Position numbers and translations under genes: made by a program. Below the pieces are notes generated by a model. That model did no database searches, was not told the origin of the DNA, and saw only the letters and a list, made by a program, of their open reading frames with translations. Shown in pieces: positions 19,388 through 25,584 of a stretch of DNA of 30,000 nucleotides. Within the stretch, counting starts at the first letter, position 1. Each line of letters starts with the position of its first letter. Source of the stretch: Enterobacter sp. (lineage in GTDB: Bacteria; Pseudomonadota; Gammaproteobacteria; Enterobacterales; Enterobacteriaceae); NCBI GenBank assembly GCA_039594245.1, contig JBCNNT010000012.1, positions 1,527,528 through 1,557,527 of the forward strand. Reading direction: 5' to 3'.

Positions 19388-20011
19388 AGCCTCTCCGATT
19401 AATAATAAAATGAGCGAAACTGGTAAAAATAAGTTGAACGCGAGAAAAACCCATGTCAATAAAACAATCAAATTAATATTTAAAGATATTTTTATTTGAG
19501 CTTATAAGCACAGAGATAATAAGCTCAGAAACATTTACATACTTCAGTTATTACCTTCAGCCATGGCAACTTCCAGTAATAATGAAAACGATAGTTAATA
19601 ATAATTGTAAGAAGCAATATTACTGATTGCTACAATTAACATCTTATTTAAAACAGTATTTCTCAGGTCAATATAAAGAAGAGATAAACAGCACGGAACA
19701 CTCACTGCTGACAGGAAAAAGAGCGAATGCAGATCGCTGTTAAGTAACGCAGAGCCAGCGCATAATCATTGTGCCCGGCAGGTCAAATGTGCGGCTTCGC
19801 AACGCAAAGACATCAAAAGGAACGCGCGCACTTGCGACGATCAAAATGGTCAAACCAGAGCGAGAGGAATCTGAGGGTAAAAATAATAAATCGCATTACG
19901 TTTTATGAGATATGTGCACATGACAGATTTATCCATGATGTGTAACATTCATGAAGTACAAGCGAGGCATTTCCGGAATAAAATCAGTAAGAAACAACCG
20001 ATTGGGTGAAG

Positions 20012-20101
20012 TGGCGGAGAGAGGGGGATTTGAACCCCCGGTAGAGTTGCCCCTACTCCGGTTTTCGAGACCGGTCCGTTCAGCCGCTCCGGCATCTCTC
20101 C
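20012..20101 (-). tRNA. serU: tRNA-Ser (anticodon CGA)
   Basis: The reverse complement reads GGAGAGATGCCGGAGCGGCTGAACGGACCGGTCTCGAAAACCGGAGTAGGGGCAACTCTACCGGGGGTTCAAATCCCCCTCTCTCCGCCA. It is 90 nt with a long variable arm, anticodon loop CU-CGA-AA and an encoded CCA. It matches remembered E. coli serU. Confidence 0.97.
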
Positions 20102-20194
20102 GTTCAGATGGTTGCCATGATGCCAGGTAATTTGGCATTTTAACAGACCCTGTCCCGTTAATTTGGTTCAAGTGGCGAGTTTGCGAGCAAAACG

Positions 20195-20992
20195 ATGATT
20201 AAGTGGCCCTGGAAAACAAAAGACTCCGCTGATGAGGCGACGTTCCCGTGGGAAGAAGCACTAAACGCCCCGGTATTAGCAAATTTATCGCCTGATGAGC
20301 AGGTTAAACTTGTTCAGCTTGCGGATCGCTTTTTACAACAAAAGCGGCTGGTTCCATTACAAGGATTCGATTTAGACGCCTTAAAGAGCGCGCGCATCAG
20401 TCTGCTCTTTTGTCTGCCCGTGCTGGAGCTGGGCCTCGAATGGCTGGATGGTTTTCACGAAGTGTTGATTTACCCGGCTCCGTTCGTGGTGGACGATGAG
20501 TGGGAAGATGATATCGGCCTCGTGCATAACCAGCGCATGGTGCAATCCGGTCAGAGCTGGCAACAGGGGCCGATTATCCTTAACTGGCTCGACATTCAGG
20601 ATTCGTTTGATGCTTCCGGCTTCAATCTGATTATCCACGAAGTTGCGCATAAGCTGGATACGCGTAATGGCGACAGAGCCAGCGGCATCCCGCTGATCCC
20701 ACTGCGTGAAGTGGCTGGCTGGGAGCATGATTTGCGCGCCGCCATGGATAATATTCAGGATGAAATCGATCTGGTGGGAGAAAGCGCAGCCAGCATTGAT
20801 GCCTATGCAGCAACCGATCCCGCAGAGTGTTTCGCCGTGCTGTCGGAGTATTTCTTCAGCGCTCCCGAACTCTTCGCCCCGCGTTTCCCGGCATTGTGGC
20901 AGCGCTTCTGCCACTTCTACCAGCAGGATCCGCTCAACCGCCTGCGCGGCCAGACCGGCGGTTACCACGAAGGGATAAACCAGGTACATTAA
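20195..20992 (+). CDS. mtfA: Mlc titration factor A (zinc aminopeptidase-like)
   Basis: MIKWPWK...[13 protein letters not shown]...[29 protein letters not shown]...[12 protein letters not shown] matches remembered E. coli MtfA, including the HEVAH zinc motif. serU-mtfA-asnT synteny as in K-12. Confidence 0.95.
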   Translation: MIKWPWKTKDSADEATFPWEEALNAPVLANLSPDEQVKLVQLADRFLQQKRLVPLQGFDLDALKSARISLLFCLPVLELGLEWLDGFHEVLIYPAPFVVDDEWEDDIGLVHNQRMVQSGQSWQQGPIILNWLDIQDSFDASGFNLIIHEVAHKLDTRNGDRASGIPLIPLREVAGWEHDLRAAMDNIQDEIDLVGESAASIDAYAATDPAECFAVLSEYFFSAPELFAPRFPALWQRFCHFYQQDPLNRLRGQTGGYHEGINQVH

Positions 20993-21045
20993 AACAGCAC
21001 GTTGTGCTTTAATTAGCCAATTGAATCAGCGGGTTAAATTTAGTA

Positions 21046-21074
21046 TTGACACACCAGTACGGGGCCAGTACTAT
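21046..21074 (+). promoter_or_regulatory. Probable sigma70 promoter of asnT
   Basis: TTGACA (21046-21051), a 17-nt spacer, TACTAT (21069-21074), then the GC-rich discriminator GCGCCCCG typical of stringently controlled tRNA promoters. It lies ~19 nt upstream of the mature tRNA 5' end. Confidence 0.6.
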
Positions 21075-21092
21075 GCGCCCCGTTCACACGAT

Positions 21093-21168
21093 TCCTCTGT
21101 AGTTCAGTCGGTAGAACGGCGGACTGTTAATCCGTATGTCACTGGTTCGAGTCCAGTCAGAGGAGCCA
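21093..21168 (+). tRNA. asnT: tRNA-Asn (anticodon GTT)
   Basis: TCCTCTGTAGTTCAGTCGGTAGAACGGCGGACTGTTAATCCGTATGTCACTGGTTCGAGTCCAGTCAGAGGAGCCA, 76 nt, identical to the remembered enterobacterial tRNA-Asn. Its position after mtfA identifies it as asnT. Confidence 0.97.
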
Positions 21169-21304
21169 ATTTCCTGCTTTCATGCATCCTTGCGAATCTT
21201 TATCTGATGTTGATTCAACAGGTTAGCGTGAAACCCCTTTCCCGATGTCTTTTCTGTTTTTCCTCCGCATCGGGAAATGTTAGTGGTCTGCTTCAGCTCA
21301 ACTA

Positions 21305-21540
21305 TAGAGTGACCAGCAACACTGCGTAACGGCACCAGAATCCACAGTCTTAAACCTTCCCGTAACCTTATAAAGTCTCTGATTCACACGGTCTGCACCT
21401 GTATGCCAATCCAGGCGGCTCACATCTTTGACATCTCAAATATCATATTCTTGTCCGCTGGTTTCATTGAGGGACTGAGTCACATTATCAGGGTTCAGCC
21501 GATCAGCGATTGAAAACTGAATGCACTAATCTGCGGGGCT
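21305..21540 (+). pseudogene. Decayed N-terminal stub of a P4/HPI-type tyrosine integrase
   Basis: Two reading frames joined at ~21366-21371 give IHSLKPSRN/PYKVSDSHGLHLYANPGGSHL*HLKYHI. As I recall it, the N-terminus of asn-tRNA-associated P4-family integrases (e.g. the HPI integrase) reads ...IRTLKPSDKPFKVSDSHGLYLLVKPGGSRHWYLKYRI.... The TGA at 21429-21431 sits where the conserved Trp (TGG) would be. The rest of the ~420-codon gene is missing. Confidence 0.6.
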
Positions 21541-21765
21541 CCTGGACTCAATAAGCAGCACTTCCCCTATATCAATTCATTTCCTTCGCCCGTGAACTAC
21601 CGCTGCGAATAGATACGCAGGCAATCCTTAAGCCCTAATCATTTGAATAAAATCATAACGCGTAATCTTTTCCTTATAACGAGGAAAAATGGCAGTAATT
21701 ATGCAAAAACAATAAGTAAATTCACTATATTTTCACAAAACCGCCCCACTCTCCCCATAAGAAGG

Positions 21766-21801
21766 TTGACAAGTGCAGATGAATTAGTATGATCATACTA
21801 A
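21766..21801 (+). promoter_or_regulatory. Near-consensus sigma70 promoter overlapped by a palindromic operator
   Basis: TTGACA (21766-21771), a 16-nt spacer, TATGAT (21788-21793). The perfect palindrome TAGTAT-GATC-ATACTA (21785-21800, extendable to 18 bp at 21784-21801) covers the -10. The same half-sites recur at 29889-29904. Confidence 0.5.
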
Positions 21802-21910
21802 GCCATCCGTCAATAAGCTTTCCGTTGAAGATTTTATAAAATAAAATGGCTAAGACCGGAAAAATAAAAGATTAACACACCTTTCACCCTCAAAATGATT
21901 AATAATAACA

Positions 21911-22138
21911 ATGAAAAAATCAAAAGCTAAAAATTGTTTATTAATATGCTTCTCAATTCTCTTTTTTAGCATGTTAATAATGTTATCTTCGTTCTATTTT
22001 TCACGTCTGACCGAGTATGTGTTATTCAATTACTTGTTTAGATACAGTATTGTTGGTGTAGTTATAGGATTGGCTATCATACACATTACATGCATATTGC
22101 TCACAGGTTATCTTATTTACCTTTTATTTAGAAAGTAA
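21911..22138 (+). CDS. Small hydrophobic protein (75 aa, two predicted TM helices)
   Basis: ATG start. It has a basic N-terminus (MKKSKAKN) followed by two long hydrophobic stretches. The frame stays open in extremely AT-rich DNA, where stops are frequent. It lies ~110 nt downstream of the promoter at 21766-21793. There is no convincing SD (AATAATAACA before the ATG), so it remains uncertain. Confidence 0.4.
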   Translation: MKKSKAKNCLLICFSILFFSMLIMLSSFYFSRLTEYVLFNYLFRYSIVGVVIGLAIIHITCILLTGYLIYLLFRK

Positions 22139-22420
22139 AAATTCAGGCAGTCGCATTTTAAATAAAATTTATTTTTAAGTAATAGTCACAAAAAGAAGTA
22201 AAAAGCCCTGTTATTCCTGCGTAAAAAAGTTGTTATATCTAATATCCCCAGAGCCAATATTCGAACGATTATACGTATCTAACATAGAAGTACCTCTGAT
22301 TTCCTTTCCCCTAATACAGCCAGTAGTCGTCTTAGTTAAAAAATCTTTTTCACCTGAGGTGAAGAATTCAGATTGTTCTCTGATTTCATCTGTCACCTCA
22401 AGCTGAATAGATAAAAGTTA

Positions 22421-22443
22421 AATGACGGCAATTGGCCGTCATT
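22421..22443 (-). terminator. Rho-independent terminator of the efflux operon
   Basis: AATGACGGC-aattg-GCCGTCATT forms a 9-bp stem 15 nt downstream of the OMF stop (22458). On the minus strand it is followed by TAACTTTTATCTATT. Confidence 0.55.
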
Positions 22444-22457
22444 TCTTGATTCAGGTG

Positions 22458-23852
22458 CTATGCTTTCCAGCCGCCACCGAGAACTTTATAAAGAGTAACC
22501 TGCTGTGTTATTTCACTTAAACGAGTCGAAATTTCAGTTTTCCTTGCCTGAAATAAAGATCGTTCAGCAACAAGCACATTGAGATACCCATCCACACCTT
22601 CCTGATATCGGCTATTCGCAAGAGTGTAGTAACGTTGATTTGCCGCGGTGTCTTGTACCCGAGCAGCCAGTTCATGTTTATAGGTCGCTTGACCCGCCAG
22701 AGCATCCGAAACCTCCTTAAATGCCTGCTGTATAGCTTTTTCATAATTTGCTATTTCAATTCTTTTGGAAATTTCCGCAACGTCAAGATTGGCTTTGTTT
22801 TTTCCCCCATCAAATATTGGTACGCTTATGCTGGGAACGAATGACCAGGCAGCCGTGCCCCCTTCAAGCAAATGTCCAAGACTATCTGAAGCCGATCCTC
22901 CGGAAGCAGTAAGGCTGATGGTAGGAAAGAAAGCGGCTCTGGCCGCGCCAATATTCGCATTAGCTGCCTTAAGAGTATGTTCGGCAGCAATAATATCCGG
23001 CCTGTTTGTCAGGACTTCTGATGATATTCCGTCAGGCAACGCCGGGAAATTCCATGCTTTAAGTAAAGTCGCATTTTCTACAATATTGGCCGGTATGTTC
23101 GTACCCAGTAATAGCTGTAAAGCATTTGTATCCTGTTTAACCTGACGGGTGTATTGGTAAACTTCAGCCTCAGCGCTTCTTAATGACGTTTCCGCCTGAA
23201 CAACATCCTGTTCATTTGCGATGTCCATCGCATACCGTTGTTTAGTCAGATCATACGTTTTACGCTGACTTTTAGCGGTATCTGTCGCCACATTAAGTAA
23301 ATCCTTATCCGCACAAAGGGTCAAATAGCCCGATACGACCGCTGATACAAGACTAATTTGTGTGGCGTGAGCAGTAGCCTCAGTCGAAAGATAATTTTCA
23401 AGCGCCTGTGCTTTCAAACTTCTAAGCCTGCCAAAGAAGTCAATTTCCCAGGATGTTACACCAAGATTCGCTTCATATTGCTGGTATGACACAGGCCCGG
23501 AAGTCTGGGTAGAATAGAGATTGCCAGGCAGATGAGCCGAAGTCTGGCTACCATTAGCCTCGATGGTTGGTAATAAAGCGGCTCTTTCAATCCTGTACTG
23601 TGCTCTGGCTGACTCTATATTTAAAGCAGCAACTCTGAGATCTCTATTATTTTTAAGGGATAATCCTATCAGGAGTTTTAACGTGTCATCATCGAAAAAC
23701 TTTTGCCATGCAAGATCTGAAGTTTTATTCCTGTACGCATTACTCTCCCATTTCCCGGAAACAGGTACCGATGGGCGTTCATACTTCGGCTGTAAGTTGC
23801 AAGCCGTCAGAGTTAAGAGTACCGGTATAACAATAAATAGATGTTTCTTCAT
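22458..23852 (-). CDS. RND efflux outer-membrane factor lipoprotein (NodT/OprM family)
   Basis: 464 aa. Lipoprotein signal with lipobox (MKKHLFIVIPVLLTLTAC), two OEP repeats, and a C-terminal ...VTLYKVLGGGW typical of OprM/NodT-type channels. Confidence 0.9.
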   Translation of the reverse strand: MKKHLFIVIPVLLTLTACNLQPKYERPSVPVSGKWESNAYRNKTSDLAWQKFFDDDTLKLLIGLSLKNNRDLRVAALNIESARAQYRIERAALLPTIEANGSQTSAHLPGNLYSTQTSGPVSYQQYEANLGVTSWEIDFFGRLRSLKAQALENYLSTEATAHATQISLVSAVVSGYLTLCADKDLLNVATDTAKSQRKTYDLTKQRYAMDIANEQDVVQAETSLRSAEAEVYQYTRQVKQDTNALQLLLGTNIPANIVENATLLKAWNFPALPDGISSEVLTNRPDIIAAEHTLKAANANIGAARAAFFPTISLTASGGSASDSLGHLLEGGTAAWSFVPSISVPIFDGGKNKANLDVAEISKRIEIANYEKAIQQAFKEVSDALAGQATYKHELAARVQDTAANQRYYTLANSRYQEGVDGYLNVLVAERSLFQARKTEISTRLSEITQQVTLYKVLGGGWKA

Positions 23853-23957
23853 AACCTATCCTTCTGAGGATAATCATATTGCAATGTCTGAATTCTAAGC
23901 CCGGTGACTATCTTAGAAGTGCACCTGACTGTTTGAAACGGTCGCTTTATACACGCA

Positions 23958-24857
23958 TTACATAAATCTGCCTGAAACAGATTTATGTAATACATCAGCA
24001 CATGGCACTAAATAGCTACAAGTTATAAAACTTGAATGTAATGAATGTTTCTTCGACCCAGGAAGAAAATAACGCTCTATATCATTACCCTTTCTTCTTG
24101 TGATATCTAATCTGGGCAAATGATAACGGTTCACGTCCATGATAAATTGCTGAAACCCGGCTTTTGTACCCGAATAATTAAATTGTGCATAATGACCTTC
24201 AGGTATTATTATTTTTTGTACTTTACTCTTCATAGAATATAAATTCTGATAATCTGTTGCTGTAAAGTACTTGATAACAACGCCTGAATTTACTGCGATA
24301 TTGGGTTCAAAATGGCTGATACCATAGACGTAAGAAGGTAGCTCCTGGTAGTCCCTGAGATACCTGTTAAAAAAATTCATCCGCACATCTATATTGAACT
24401 TACAGAGATCTTCAAAAGCACAAGGGAAAGAGTGTTCTATGCCGAGAAAAATTTGTTCTGGTAATGAAATAATGTCCGGTTTGGGTACCGGATGAATTAT
24501 CCTCTGATATGGCGGGTAGAGCTGTGAACAATCCCATTCAGTGTTATTTCTGTACCTTGCAGGAGTCTGATGAAAGTAACTTTTGAATGAACGGGTGAAA
24601 GCCTGCTGCGTAGTAAAACCATATTTCAAAGAGATATCGAGAATATGTGTTTTAGTTATCTGTAATTCAGCAGCCGCGGCGGATAATTTTCTTAGCCGGA
24701 TATACCTGCTTAGAGTAACTCCCGTTAACGCATGATAAACCCGCTGTAAATACCATTTCGAATATCCTGACTTAGCCGCCACAATATCCAGGGATAATTT
24801 TGATGCGAGTTGAGATTCTATCCATTCTGTAAGATCATAAATAAAATCATTTTTCAT
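23958..24857 (-). CDS. AraC/XylS-family regulator with C-terminal GyrI-like ligand domain (Rob-like architecture)
   Basis: The track ORF starts at TTG 24878. The first ATG (24855-24857) gives MKNDFIYDLTEWIESQL.... The N-terminal ~100 aa is a MarA/SoxS/Rob-type double HTH (SKWYLQRVYHALTGVTLSRYIRLRKL...GFTTQQAFTRSFKSYFHQTPARYR). The ~190-aa C-terminal extension has the size and character of the Rob GyrI-like domain. Confidence 0.85.
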   Translation of the reverse strand: MKNDFIYDLTEWIESQLASKLSLDIVAAKSGYSKWYLQRVYHALTGVTLSRYIRLRKLSAAAAELQITKTHILDISLKYGFTTQQAFTRSFKSYFHQTPARYRNNTEWDCSQLYPPYQRIIHPVPKPDIISLPEQIFLGIEHSFPCAFEDLCKFNIDVRMNFFNRYLRDYQELPSYVYGISHFEPNIAVNSGVVIKYFTATDYQNLYSMKSKVQKIIIPEGHYAQFNYSGTKAGFQQFIMDVNRYHLPRLDITRRKGNDIERYFLPGSKKHSLHSSFITCSYLVPCADVLHKSVSGRFM

Positions 24858-25479
24858 TACACACCGCCTTATTCCCAATAGTCATATCAAAAGCAAAATC
24901 CAGCGCTGATTGAGAGTAACGATAAAGCAAAGTATCGTTTGGCATCATAACTATCGACCTGAGCGCTCCCATAAAAACATAGAAAATCATCGAGCTGAGT
25001 ATTGTTGTCGAAATATCAGCATGAATCCTTCCATTTTTTTGGGCTTCGGATAAAACAGAATCTATCATGACGAATAATTTATCCATCTTATTCCCCACCA
25101 GAATATCATGGTCATTTACTTCGTCAGGATATTCACAGCGGAAGACAGTCATCTCGATAACATTTTGAAGATGTTTGTTTCTCTTAACGTATTCAATTTC
25201 CCTTAATAAACAGTGGCGTAACGCTATAACAGATTCGGCACGCATTACAAGATCTTCAACTTCCGTAAAAAGTAAGAGAGGCGTGCGCTCAATAACCTGT
25301 TTAAAAAGATCGTTCTTTTCCCTGAAATGCCAATAAATAGCGCCTCGCGTACAGCCCGCTTTCATTGCTATCATCTGTAACGTTGTGCGATAAATACCTG
25401 AATCCCGAAAGCATTGCTCAGCCGCATCCAGAATATGCTCGCGGGTTTCTTCAGCATCTTGCTTGGTTCGTCTGGCCAT
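24847..25479 (-). CDS. TetR/AcrR-family transcriptional repressor
   Basis: The track ORF starts at TTG 25485. The ATG at 25477-25479 with a GGAGG SD gives MARRTKQDAEETREHILDAAEQCF...GCTRGAIYWHFREKNDLF. This closely parallels the AcrR N-terminus (MARKTKQEALETRQHILD...GVTRGAIYWHFKDKSDLF). Confidence 0.88.
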   Translation of the reverse strand: MARRTKQDAEETREHILDAAEQCFRDSGIYRTTLQMIAMKAGCTRGAIYWHFREKNDLFKQVIERTPLLLFTEVEDLVMRAESVIALRHCLLREIEYVKRNKHLQNVIEMTVFRCEYPDEVNDHDILVGNKMDKLFVMIDSVLSEAQKNGRIHADISTTILSSMIFYVFMGALRSIVMMPNDTLLYRYSQSALDFAFDMTIGNKAVCNEK

Positions 25480-25544
25480 TTTCAAGCCTCCAGAATAAAT
25501 TAAAATTTATCGTATCTACATTACTGCTCAGATTGAGGATTTTA

Positions 25545-25573
25545 GTATTGGTATCCCTGATGGATACCAATAC
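25545..25573. promoter_or_regulatory. Perfect 12-5-12 inverted repeat between the RND stop and the tetR start
   Basis: GTATTGGTATCC-ctgat-GGATACCAATAC starts 12 nt past the RND stop (25585) and is followed on the minus strand by TAAAAT. It is either an operator overlapping an internal promoter or an intra-operon RNA hairpin. There is no U-tract. Confidence 0.4.
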
Positions 25574-25584
25574 CCCACATACGG

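Noticed and set aside
19388-19471. 28-aa hydrophobic N-terminal extension of the orphan protein, as drawn in the ORF track
   Set aside because: It is not rejected outright, but it is not used for the feature coordinates. It begins at TTG without an SD, whereas the internal ATG has a strong SD. T-rich leaders translate as hydrophobic by default.
19929-20171. 80-aa minus-strand ORF overlapping serU
   Set aside because: It is translated through the tRNA-Ser gene and is therefore not credible as a protein gene.
21021-21329. 102-aa ORF spanning asnT
   Set aside because: It reads straight through the tRNA-Asn gene and its promoter. The start is TTG, and the downstream part is the integrase-stub region in a different frame.
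22211-22396. 61-aa minus-strand ORF immediately downstream of the efflux-operon terminator
   Set aside because: It starts at GTG with no SD, directly after a terminator hairpin and without a promoter. The only internal ATG would leave 24 aa. The translation is hydrophilic with no recognisable motif. I looked for a double-glycine microcin leader and found none. It may be a remnant of a disrupted gene, but I cannot support that.
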